Below are positions 1-11,989 of a stretch of DNA of 64,000 nt, piece by piece. Source of the DNA: Octopus vulgaris. Taxonomy: Eukaryota. The stretch is from assembly GCA_951406725.2 (NCBI GenBank), contig OX597815.1, positions 13,826,001 to 13,890,000 of the forward strand, given 5' to 3'. Position 1 is the stretch's first letter. Every line of letters begins with the position of its first letter. The notes below the pieces were generated by a model that ran no database searches, was not told the DNA's origin, and saw only the letters and a program-made list of their open reading frames with translations. The translations under genes and the position numbers were made by a program.

Positions 1-2250
1 TATGTATATGAATATATATATATGCGTATAAAAACAATTCCACGATATCTTTATTGCCATATATATGTCATTGATAGGGCCATAATGTAGGACTTTTATT
101 AAGATCTTACCGAATATGATTTAGCTGTCAATAAATAACTAAAGTTATACGACTATTGTTGCAACGCCGTCATTGGTTTCACAATTTTAAATAGTGAATA
201 ATCTACATAAAACTACTTAAATGAAATGCAATTTATAATGCATGATATTCTATTAAAGGCTTCCGAGAAATGTTTTCAGTATATAATGAAATGGAAATGG
301 ATACAAATTACATAAGAAAGTAAAAACAAATTCAAGATATACAAACTATTTAAATATTTTTATGTTATTTTCGTTTGTGTGTATCGCAACATTTTCGACT
401 TAATGAATGCTTTCAAAGAATCCGTATGAAGCAATACGAAATAGAAAATGTGAAATCTGCTGTATTTTTAAATGACGAATGGTGAGAGATATAATTTCAA
501 CCTGTTCAATTATATCAAATATTTTTTTAATGTTCATGCAAATTCAATTAATACCGATGTTAATTAAGAATTTCAATACTTAAAAGGATGTGATAATTTC
601 ATATCAGCGAAAATGGATTACAAATAATTTGGATAAGTAAGTATTTTAAACACGATAATGTTTAACAAAATTGTGGAGTCATAATTTCAATTAATGACTT
701 CCATACATACGAATACTAGGATAAATAAATAGAAAGATGCAGACGATTATATAAAACAGTGCAACGTACACTACTGTATTATCTGTAATATTTATATGTC
801 TATTATATAAGTTAATGTATCAAGCTACAAGCATGATACTATATAACAACAACTTGAAAATAAGTGAATGCGAATTATATATATATACATAATGTCTGGT
901 GACTTTATGCGATATTCAGGTTGTGTCTGCACAGCATATACGAATTATGGAATATTCGGATAAAAGGTGAACAGTTAGCAGAAGATAAAGCACATCGGAA
1001 AACAAAACGAAAAGAAAAAAGAAAAAAATAGGGGGGGGATTAGAGTTACGTGCCCTTTGTCCTTAAAACCATAATAAGGTTTGAACGCATAACTATCTAT
1101 ATTAGTGTCATTTCATTCGGAGAAATAGTTATCTTACCAATTGCCGACAGGAATTTATCCATATATTTCCATCCCCTGAAAATTTCAGATCTGAAATTAA
1201 GCAGTGCAGTGGAGTTCTTAGATCTGAAAAGAATCTGCGATTTTCAGCTACGCACAGCTTGCATTTTTTCATCCATTAAGATGTCATAGATTTTTGAGCT
1301 ATTTTCTACTGGATTGTAAGTGGTTTGGTGTTAAAATTCAAGCCACATACGTGGATAGCAAATTTAGTGGCTTTCTTTTGACACTATGCGGGAATGAAGA
1401 TATGTGGGAGAGCAAATCGTCTTTTGAAGTCGCCTCAACTGATAAAGTAAAGTAAAGTATATATATATACATAGAGAGAGAGAGAGAGAAATCTGCAGTG
1501 GTTGTTGAGTTTATATTTGGTAATGGAAACGGAAGATGGATTTACTACGGATAGTTATTCAGCACGACAGTCGTTTCAACCTATACTGCATCTATCCCAT
1601 AGGATGTTGTGCATGTGGTTACGTTGCCTCATTCAATGCAAGTGGTGTCACTTCAGGTGCTTGGTGGAGAAAAATATTTCACTAGATATACTGAGATATC
1701 TTTGGCATGTTTCTGGTTAGTTGTACATTGGCAGACTAACAGCGCGTTACCAGCCAGCATACGTTCAATGTGCATTATGGATAATTGGCAGCAAATAGTC
1801 TAATACACTGCACCTACTTTCTGAAATTAAATCTACACCATTTATGTGCACTTGCATACAGGTTATTCATTTCAAAGTGGTTAATGAAAAGCTATTGTGT
1901 GCCTATAAATTCAGTAGTAGGAACATTAATAATACGTATACAGCATTGATTATACACTAAAAATGAATCGGATCAAGGCTTTCCATTTCAAGGTTTTCAT
2001 GTCTTCCATTAACCCAGGATACAAGACAGAAAATTTATATGAATGCCCAACTTTCAGACCCAATGAGAGAACGTATGAATTTGAAAGGTTAATCAAACAA
2101 CATTTGATGGAATATTATTGTATAATAGAGAATTTGTGAAAATGGGCCACAGTGAAAATGGGCAAGTGCAAGTTTAATTTAAGTTTCAAAAGTGTTGTGC
2201 TGTGACTCCCCCTACGAGAATAGACTTGACCTAACGACGATAAATTATTG

Positions 2251-3965
2251 TAGCGGTCTCAGCAAGAGACCGAGAGTAGGCGTTCATATTGAACAGGTGG
2301 ATTGAGTTTTTCATAACGGAGTGTCTTTGTCGTGTGAGATATAATTCATAGTGTTAAATGTTTGTTTGATTGATTGTTACTGTTCAAATTGTTGCTTTTG
2401 TTATTTTGAATAGTTGTATTTTTTTGCATTCTGGCAAAATGGAGAAAATGCCAACAGGTGGCCGCAGTTATGCAGCTTCAACTGGAAAACAGATAGACGC
2501 GGAAACGCTGGAAATATGTCAAATAAAGGTGGAACCAAGAAAAATGAAGGTATGTGACAAGATGCTGGAAAGAAACGGAGATACACTGAAATTAACGCCG
2601 CCTGTGGAATTAACAACCAGTGTAACGAAAAGGACGGTAATATTTAAGACGATGAAGATAGCAACAAGGAAGATAGAAATAGCGACAATTGAGGCTATTC
2701 AAAAGTGTTTAAAGAGTATTAAAAAAGCTAACCACGTTCATAACACGAGGGAGAAAGTACGCACCTGTGGAGGTGCGCTTTGCATCAGAAGAGGAAGCAA
2801 TTAAGCACTCTTCGGAGGCAATAAGATCTGAGGAATGGGTGCTTGTGCCATCGTACTGTGGCAAACGTGTGGCCAGAGTGCAGTTGGCAAAGGGCCCCCA
2901 GAACTGAAAGAAACATGGTTGATGGCAGCCATAATGCACAATATGAATGAGGAGGCCAAGATACTGAAGGCCACAAGGACCCAAAGGATACGGAATTGAG
3001 TTGACCGTCCAAGCAACAGTGGAAGAATGAACCGGAATTATTGAAGAGATAGTACTGCCCAATGAATTAAGATTGAGAGTGGTGGTGGAAAGCAGGCCGA
3101 CTGTGTGTTTTACATGTACGGGAAAAGGCCACATGAAGGCGATGTGCCCCCAGAGAGAACAACAAATAGTGTAGACGGAGAGACAGAAGAGTACGGATCA
3201 GGTGGTACAGGTCGAGATAAAGGAGAAAGGAACGGAGGAGGAAGTCACGGTGGTGAAAAAAGAAAGAGAAGTGGGAGAGTGATCCCTCAGCCAGAGGAGC
3301 AGATAAAGAAGAAAGAAGAGGTGGAAATGGAGGTTGTGACCAGAAGAAAGGGAGATAAAAGTCTGGTGAATAAAGAAAGTGAAAAGGAAATTGAAAAAGT
3401 GTTCAAGGAGGAGTTACATAAGGAGGCGACAATGGTGAAGACACCAGTTGTTCCAGTGGAGGAAAGAGATTCAGGAGTGCAACTGTACAAGGATGAAATG
3501 GAGAGACTGTTCACAGTGGAGGAAGAATAGGGAGAGGTACCAGGAGTGGAGCAGGAAAAGAGAAAATAAAGAAGAAGAGGAAAGTTTCGATGGAAGTTCG
3601 TGACGTATGCGAAAAGCAAAGAATCTGAAAGTAAAGTTTTAAAATTTAAACACATCATAAGAGTGAAGTTACCCACGGGTGTGTATTCCGAGAAAGTTAA
3701 GGCCATCGTGGTTGACTAAGATACTTACAACAGGCTAAAAGCATGTGTGGAAGCGGGATTGATCACCAGGAGTGTTGGGGAAGTTCGACGAATTGCCACC
3801 AGTAGTGGAGCTAAAAGCTTTAGAACCTTTCATGCGGTATTGAAAAGGAAAAAAGAGTGAAATTGTTTTGCTGAAAAAAGGAAAAAAAAAAAAGGAAAAA
3901 TTGTTTCAGTTTTAAAAAAAAGAGAAAAAGAACGATGATGAAGAAAAAATCGAAAAAAAAAATAG
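2251..3965 (+). mobile_element. Degenerate ORF1-only (HAL1-like) non-LTR retroelement, copy 1
   Basis: 5' hairpin CGGTCTC-agcaa-GAGACCG (2254-2272), T-rich 5' UTR, then a purine-rich frameshifted ORF and an A-rich tract (3870-3965). No endonuclease or RT follows. Protein is homologous to 32790-33969. Confidence 0.7.
2439..3843 (+). pseudogene. Gag-like/LINE ORF1-like protein with CCHC zinc knuckle, disrupted by frameshifts and stops
   Basis: Reconstructed across frames: MEKMPTGGRSYAA...VEVRFASEEEAIKHS...PELKETWLMAAI...LRVVVESRPTV-CFTCTGKGHMKAMC (CX2CX4HX4C, 3106-3147), an E/K-rich linker, then KFKHIIRVKLP...KFDELPPVVELKALEPFMRY*. Confidence 0.75.
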
Positions 3966-4989
3966 AACGAGTGTAAATAGTTTATATAAACGTTAAATGT
4001 CACTACTTAAAAGGAAGTCTTATGGTGGAAAGTTAGCTATTACTGTGAACGCTATAGATACCAACAGCAGTACGGATTTAGTCAGTCATTATCGGTTGAA
4101 GATAGTAAGAACTGACGGATGTCGCAGGGGACTTACACCAGAAGGAGTGCTTTCTAAAAGCAGCAAGGTAAAATCTGTCAGCCATTGTGCCGGTCTGGAA
4201 AAGTTTTTCAGATATATGTAAATTTCTGTGAAACTTTTAAGCAGATACCGAATAGTATATTTCGTACTTATACTGTAGATATTAAGACTGGTTATATTAC
4301 ACGTGTCATAAGCCAAACGAAACTCTATGGTATACCCATAAACGATTTAATCACGACTCTTGATCAATAACTTATGGAACAATAAAAAATGTAATTTAAA
4401 TATTTTAATAGTGATATATTCGTAATATCACAAGCAGGTAACCACAGAATTGATGTATTACAGTTTACAAACCTAGTGGTTATTCAAATAGTTAAGTGTA
4501 GAGATAAATCAACACAAGATTCAACTACAGGTATAATGATATGGAATATTAATTTCAAAAGATAGCAACACTAATGCTATCGGCTAGATTCGGAAGCACC
4601 TAAAAACAAGTGGGGTATAAAAGTCAATATCAATTATAATGATAAAATCAATAAATTCTGACGAAATTTCTTTCAACATGCTGAGCACGTATAAAGTCCT
4701 ATACATATATAGATATGAGCAACCGTTTGTACCTTATCCAAAGCATCTAAAAGAGTTTGGCATGCTGTAAATTTGTATCGAATTTGTATTTTACTTTACT
4801 TAGGTTTCACCTCGGCCAAATGCTTCGTTTTAACAGATGGAGTTACGGGATGACCTGATACATAACGCCATAGCAGTATGTGAAAGCAATGGTTCAGGAT
4901 AAGACAAAAAAGGGCACTATAAATGCATAAATCATATCTAAATTACAAATATTTAAGGAAACGTATCGAATATTTCAATAAATGATATT

Positions 4990-5265
4990 GTTTCTCATAT
5001 ACCTTTATAACTAATATTGTTTTATTTCGGAATGGTCATTTTGCCAGTTTAGCCAATAAAAACACATGCACTATATATTTGGTGCTATTTTGCTTCATTG
5101 ATATTTATCTATTTTTTATATTAATCTGAATCTTATTTCGGCCAGAGTTCTTTCGTCACAATCCTTTGACCGCATCAGTGGTCTTTTGTTTTTTTCTTTC
5201 TTATTTTGTCTCTCCTTACTAACCGTCAGCCATTTTGTACTTTGTATTTCTATAACTAACCTTTT
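4990..5265 (-). mobile_element. Penelope-type terminal-repeat remnant with hammerhead-like core
   Basis: Minus strand 5178->5151 reads CTGATGC-G-GTCA-aaggattg-TGAC-GAAA (core with a paired stem II). Confidence 0.4.
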
Positions 5266-6035
5266 AAGATAAATATTGCTAATTTTACCGCTAGGTCACC
5301 TCAGAACCAACCTATAATGAATTTTAAAAGAATATGCAGCATATTCATAATCTGTAGCTCATTCTATACTAAATTAAAATACATTGTTGTGTTGTTTAAA
5401 ACACTGGAGATTATATTAAAATCATAGCAACATTGGTTGTAATTCTAGTAAAATACTAATGTCGAGTAACCAAATTTAAATATTGTCTTCAAATATAGTC
5501 TTTTCTAGACGTTTAACAATTTTTTTCGCAAATGCTTCCGTATACAAAGCGTCATCTGGAAACAAAATCTCATACATAATTCAACCTATTAAATATTAAC
5601 TATCATATCTGACGTATTTAATATATTCTTCTTGAACATCTGTTCGTTATATATTCTTTTTTTTTTGTTATTTAACTTTACATATCTTATCAACAAATTC
5701 TATTCTGTTCTTTGATCCAAACCTAAGATATTTTTTATTTATCGGAAAATCAATTTTTCACCACACTTTTGAAGTCACAAGAGGTACGCTGTGATAGTTG
5801 CATCACATTTCCAAACAGGAACACGCACACACAAATATACGCACAGAAATATACAAATACACACGCAAAATATACTAATACATACAGACGTATAAATATA
5901 CAAACGTATAAATATACAAACACATACACATAAATATAGAAATACACACACACTTATATTAATATATAAAAAAACTACATATTTTTTATACACATATATA
6001 TGTAAGTATATATGTATTTTTGTATGTATACATAC

Positions 6036-6287
6036 CTTACGCAGCAGCAGAGTAGAGCATACAAATAAAGAGAAGTCATTGCATCTGTGGCGTTGATATG
6101 TGTATTACTGCAGTACAATGGTGCCAGGTATGAAAGCAAACAGTTAGGTAAGAGAAAACATATCCCTTGTCTCGTATCTGGAAGCATATTATAACATTTC
6201 CTAGAGCATTGTAAAAGCACTTTCTGTCTGTCTAACATTGAAACACTTATTTTCAGATTCCAAGGAGAATGTAGCATTATTAAATGC
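6036..6287 (-). other. Candidate exon (252 nt), product unknown
   Basis: ttttttag|GCATTT...GTAAG|gtatgt with one frame open throughout (HLIMLHSPWNLKISV...LYALLCCCVR). No recognisable homology. Confidence 0.25.
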
Positions 6288-7335
6288 CTAAAAAATATTT
6301 ATCCTTACTTTCCCTCAAAATTTTATTTATGAACAAATATTATAAAATGAGCAGTTATGAAATGGATGCAATATGAGCGTCTAATATATAAGAAAAATAT
6401 ATGATGTGTCTATATTTTACTAACGTTTGGATATATTTCCATTCATTAAGTAGCATATGAAAACTTTACACATATTGCTTTTTAACATTACAAGTATATA
6501 AGTGTATCCCAGAATTAACTACGTATTTCAATAAAATCGGTGAAAGATTTCAAAACTGACAAAATTTTATGTTTATTACTTAATTATGATACAAAAACAA
6601 ATAGAATTATAAATCTTACGTCAAAATTTGGTTTTTGTTTTTTGAAATTTGCTCCGTCTGTATTCCTGCAAATTTAAAATATTTCAAATCTATCCTTAGT
6701 GCTGTGAAGAAACACATTTTGAAGCAGTTCGGGAGTTATTTCTTGCACTACGAAGTGAATGCATTCATTTCGTTCAGCTGAACTCTTGGTTCATCATGGG
6801 GATGCAATTAGAGAAACTAATTGCGGCCAAATTGAAAAGAAGATGTTGCGGACAGATAAGCGACACCCAAGAGCTATGAAAATCAAATTAAGAATAACAT
6901 TGTAAAAAATATAAAATTATGAACAAAATTTTAAAAATTATACACATTTAGCACATTTTAAACACGAGTCAGTTTTTAAAATTATTGTCCGATCTCAAAG
7001 AAATAGTCAATTCTGGGACAGAGTCTATAGACAAGAGTAAGTACAATAATAGTGATACATACATACCTACGTACATATATATATATATATATTTATTGGA
7101 CTTGATATTGTGCAGCGTGAGGTGTACTCTGGCACAGTCGTTCAGAATTCTAAACATGGAAGTTAGCACGAAAATACATGCTAGTTGCACGACCTCATCT
7201 TACCAATATCCCTTGAAATTTATAGTGAGGCACGTTGAAATCCATTGTACTGTAAATGCTACTTATTTCACGCGAGATAGACGAATTCTTTTGTTGCCCT
7301 TCATCAATGAATTACATTACATATGAATATAAGTG

Positions 7336-7339
<4 letters not shown>

Positions 7340-7398
<59 letters not shown>
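7340..7398. repeat. (TA)n microsatellite, continuing at 7801-7822 beyond the SINE
   Basis: Direct inspection. Confidence 0.95.
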
Positions 7399-7401
<3 letters not shown>

Positions 7402-7800
7402 CTCTTTTACTCTTTTACTTGTTTCAGTCATTTGACTGCGGCCATGCTGGAGCACCGCCTTTAGTCGAGCAAATCGACCACGGGACTTATTCTTTGTAAG
7501 CCCAGTACTTATTCTATCGGTCTCTTTTGCCGAACCGCTAAGTGACGGGGACATAAACACACCAGCATCGGTTGACAAGCAATGCTAGGGGGACAATCAC
7601 AGACACACAAACACACACATATATATATACATATATACGACAGGCTTCCTTCAGTTTCCGTCTACCAAATCCACTCACAAGGCATTGGCCGGCCCGGGGC
7701 TATAGCAGAAGACACTTGCCCAAGATGCCACGCAGTGGGACTGAACCCGGAACCATGTGGTTGGTTAGCAAGATACTTACCACACAGCCACTCCTGCGCC
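7399..7800 (-). mobile_element. Full-length tRNA-derived octopus SINE (family A, OK/OR-type)
   Basis: Minus strand starts GGCGCAGGAGTGGCTGTGTGG (A box)...GGTTCAGTCCC (B box), has an internal (TG/TA) tract and ends in (AAAAGAGT)n. Highly similar to 42797-43204; inserted in (TA)n. Confidence 0.9.
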
Positions 7801-8226
7801 TATATATATATATATATATATAATTTCAGTAAAGCAATTAAGATTCAAGTGAATTCCAATGAATTCAAATGAATGCGGTACTTAACTTAGATGCACCAGA
7901 AATCTTTATGGTATTAACCATAAAATAATGTGGGGGGATTATAAACAAGAAAAAAGCAACAAGAATGGATTAGTTGTTCAGTACAAGTGTTTCATACGAA
8001 GAACAGATTTATTTAAAGCTGCAAATATTGCAGCAAATACAAGTGTCCCGTATTCATCAGCCAAAACACATATGAGTTTTCCAAAGATCCTAGGGAGTGA
8101 GGCTACACTCATGAAGTATCGAAGAGAGTTCTATGAAAAGCAAAGTTAGGTTGTAAGCAGACTAAAATGTTTTCTAATGATGCACAGTTTTTAAAAAGAT
8201 TGTTAGCTTCTCAGAAAAGGTAAATC

Positions 8227-8352
8227 CATCCATAATAATGCAGGTGTAATTTCTGGAGATATGAGGAAAGATTTTATTCACAGAGTAGATGAATGTATCC
8301 ATAATAATGCAGATGTAATTTCCTGATATATGAGGAAAAGATGTTGATCACA
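8227..8352. repeat. Diverged tandem duplication, about 70-bp period
   Basis: atccataataatgcag(g/a)tgtaatttc...atatgaggaaa occurs twice (about 8227 and 8297). Confidence 0.75.
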
Positions 8353-8859
8353 CATCTATTCATTTCACAAACTAAGTTGTTGGAAGAAGAGATTGGCTAT
8401 AGTGGTCAAAAGAAGTCGCAAAAGAAGTCAGTGAAACAGAAACCGCCCAAATAAGGACATTATGGGAGAATAAGACGGCGTAAGTACACTACCTACAAAG
8501 GTTAGTCTATTTCTGTGGTGACAGAAAATCTAGATCAGTGTTGCAGGAATTTAAGATTTATAAGGGAACATTATTTTTGACCAGCAAACAGCTATTAACT
8601 GCCACTCCTACAGAGTTAATGGCAGGATAAAAAATATAAAGAGATCAAAGGAAAGAATTAAAGGGGTCAAATGCTATCAGTAGAGGAAGATACAGTAAGA
8701 AATTTAAGGGCAACACTAGAACAGAAGGTTATTTATTTATTATTGTTTCTATTATTTCTAATGTTTATATATTGTAAGACAGAATTTAGGTCAATACCTA
8801 GGGGTCAGATAATTTCTATAGTAAATGGTGTGAGAGTTTTGCTTATTCAAAATATAGTG

Positions 8860-9000
8860 AAAATTATTGGACGCTCAGGAAAGAAGGAAAGAAGAACGTT
8901 TCGAGCGAGGCTGTTCGTCGGAAACATAGGAGAAGGAACGATCCAGAGAAGGGAAGACAGAGGAAAAAAATCGCCAACGGTAAACACGAGGTCACATTTA
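8860..9000 (-). mobile_element. Penelope-type terminal repeat fragment with minimal hammerhead-like core
   Basis: Minus strand CCGACGA-a-CAGC-ctc-GCTC-GAAACGTT (8921->8895). Flanks are homologous to 37090-37290. Confidence 0.6.
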
Positions 9001-9159
9001 TATTTATATATATATATTTACACACAGAGAGAGGTGTGTATATATATATGAACTGTTACATGTCACCATATATACATATACTAACATTATATACATACAA
9101 ACATACACGCTGGATTGCGTGTTCGTTTCCCTTTTTGTCATATGTGGTTTTATTTTTGA

Positions 9160-9420
9160 TCTCTCTATCTATAAACGGCAAAATGTCTGTGTATCTGTGT
9201 GTCGGTGTGTCTGTGTGTCCTGTATAAAAATCCACAGTTTTACATGTAAACGGCTTGCATCTTCTATGGGCCTTCAAAACGGTTTGAGGGTGGTCGTGAA
9301 AATCTTTTCATTTCCCCTGTCACCCCAGAAAGCCATTAAGAAATCGATAAACCGATCCATTATGTCCAACAGTTTAATGCGCGTGCGCATTTGCAGACAT
9401 TCTGTATAACTCAGCGCATT
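9160..9420 (+). mobile_element. Probable Helitron-type 5' terminus (3' end not located)
   Basis: A|TCTCTCTATCTATAAACGGC followed by a (TGTC/TG)n tract, the usual start of non-autonomous animal Helitrons. Confidence 0.45.
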
Positions 9421-9769
9421 TTTGTGTTTTGCGAAGCCGCGTTATCATGTGGTTTGGCTTTCAAACGTGCAAGCTTTTTTTGATTTGAGAAATGCAGGGA
9501 ATAATTAAGGAATTAGACCAAGCGAATGGACAAGAGAGCGGGATTTTCATGAAAGACCAAATATGCTTAATATGCTATCATTCCTTAAGTATGCCATAAA
9601 AGAGTTGGAGCCTATTCAATGAATCAATTTAGAAAGGGCTTTGCATTTATGGTTTCGGTTGATTTAAGTTATCCAGCGAGAGCCCAGGATGTTTTATTCA
9701 AGTAGGATTAAAAATGAAAAATGGTTAAGTTGATGCCCTAAGGGACTTTCATAATAAACGTTTATTTGT

Positions 9770-10940
9770 TTGCATTCAGCTTAAGATCGAATCACTAGCT
9801 ACCTACACGGTAGGGGCATAGGGTTATGAGGGTGATCCTTTTGGTGCAAGAAATCTTAATTTGATTCGAGTTTACCAAAATTGCCAATCAATCAGTGGAA
9901 ACTCAATAAAACTTACCTTGCGGGTTCCCGCTTTTAAATTGACTGCAACCTTTTCTTTTAGCCCTAACTTGAGGTACGAATGACCAAAGATGCAAAGATT
10001 TTCTTAAGCGAAATTTCAGGCTTTTGTGTTTTGAGATACGAGTGAAAATTGAGATGCTAATTAATTTCCAGTCACATTTTTCCGCTCGCAAGGAAATTTG
10101 AAAACCTTATCAGCTCTGATTATTCATGTCATTTGTTGTTGAAGGTTTGCTTTCATGGTGGTCTTTATCGATTTTCTAACATGCTCCTCCTTCATTTTCA
10201 ACAAAGCCGCCAAATTTACGATGATTAATTACCCAGGGCAGCTGCACCTCTGGGTAAGCTCAGAATCTGCAGAAGCTCAGTCAAACGCGTTAAAAAACAT
10301 ATGCGATGGAATGGCGAACATAATTTCCGAAAATAAAAAATGGGATTCAGCACAAAATGAAGCAATCTTTATATGTAAAAAAACCCTGAGTTTTGTTCTT
10401 ACCCCATTTTATAGCTAACCAAACAGAAGCAAACCGGTACCTAAGACAATTAGAGGCTAGAACTCACGAGTCATACAGTGTTTCTGTATTACCTTGATTA
10501 AGTAAGAACTTTTTATTCGAACACTGGAAACGAACAACAAACACATGATATGAAGCTTTCAGTTAGCGGAACTCTGCACATGTTGGACAAAAAAGGAGGA
10601 AGAAGAAAGCGAAAAACTCGAATTTACAATATGCCTCAGCAGCATTGGCCAGTACAGGCAGGCGCGATTACACACACACGTTCAAGGTCATACGCAGTGC
10701 CACGCTCAAGCACATACACGCACAGTATGATCTTGACAATACACATAACCATCGTTTGTTGAGTTCGTATTCAGCCTGAGGTCCAATCGTTCGCTATCTA
10801 CACAGTAGGTGACAAGGGTACTCAGGTTATTACTTATGGTGCGTGAAATCTCAATTTGATTAGAGTTTGTCCGTAACAATCCCTTACGGGCTTCCACATT
10901 CAAATGGAATTACAACCGCTTTCTTTTTAGCCTTAACTTC
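9770..10940. repeat. Diverged direct repeat pair (about 9770-9975 and 10765-10940)
   Basis: attcagc...gcta(c/t)ctacac(g/a)gtagg...tggtgc...gaaatct(t/c)aatttgatt(c/a)gagttt...ttagcc(c/t)taactt is present in both. Confidence 0.7.
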
Positions 10941-11192
10941 CACATAATAAGCTCCCCGTTTGCTACCGCAAATTGATTGGGTGTTCCCACTTCACAAATG
11001 CCCTGTGTTTTTCTAATTTGAATCCACTTTCCATTAATTAATTAGTCCGTGCATCAAACACCGCAAAAAGCATTTTCCCGCGTAGACACTTAGTCATTCT
11101 GTGTGTGTATGTGCGTGAGCGTGGCACTGCGTATGACCTTGAACGTGTGCGTGTATGCGTGCGTACGTGCGTATACTGGCCGATGATGCTGA
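10635..11192. repeat. Inverted repeat pair (about 10635-10730 / 11095-11192) around a 360-bp spacer
   Basis: cacacgttcaaggtcatacgcagtgccacgctca and its exact reverse complement tgagcgtggcactgcgtatgaccttgaacgtgtg. Confidence 0.8.
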
Positions 11193-11665
11193 CGTACATA
11201 CGTAAACGTTTGACTTTGGACGTGCGGCCTTGTATTTCGATGTACAATATCATTATCCAACAAGACAGATGCCCAAATACGAACCTGGAAGTATGTATAA
11301 TACTACTACAGGATAGCAGAGGTGAAAGCTGAAGGTGGACGAGCTCTGTACTGTTCCCTACTAAGTTCTTTACAGAATGTACCACAAATATATGTATCTA
11401 CAAGCACTATCACCTGGCAACGCCGAGTCATAGTGCTAGTCTTCTATGTAAATGAAAATATTTCCTCCGTCTGGCTGCTTTTCTCTCTACAAAACGGAAA
11501 GTTACATTCAGGAACAGTCATTTTAACAAGGTGTATTTACGTCTACACCACAGGATGCTCCTGAACCAGTCATTGTGTGTCCCACCCAAGACGAATCGAT
11601 GCTAGATGTGTTAAAACAATTGTTGTGATTAATAATAAATTCTCTGTCTTTCATTTGCTACTCAT

Positions 11666-11727
<62 letters not shown>

Positions 11728-11989
11728 TAGCTGAATTACCCTGCAATACTCGGAAAAGCGGGAGTTGTTTCCTGTTCCAGTTACACTGTTTCATGTCCTA
11801 TGCCGTTCCTTGTTCAGTTCTCGCTTAAACTAGAATTCGATTTAGAAATAATGGCAAGTAATACAGTTGAAACATGAAATTGACTGATTGTAATGGTAAA
11901 GTAATATCAAAGTTTAATTGATGGATGGTGGAAAAGATGAGAAGATTGACTATTAATCAATTGATTGGTGGTTGATTATTATCGATTTT

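Noticed and set aside
1138-1440. Minus-strand exon candidate
   Set aside because: All frames are interrupted; only a 38-nt sub-segment is open and it has no homology.
6618-6875. Minus-strand exon-like segment with AG/GTAAG ends
   Set aside because: Stop codons in all three frames.
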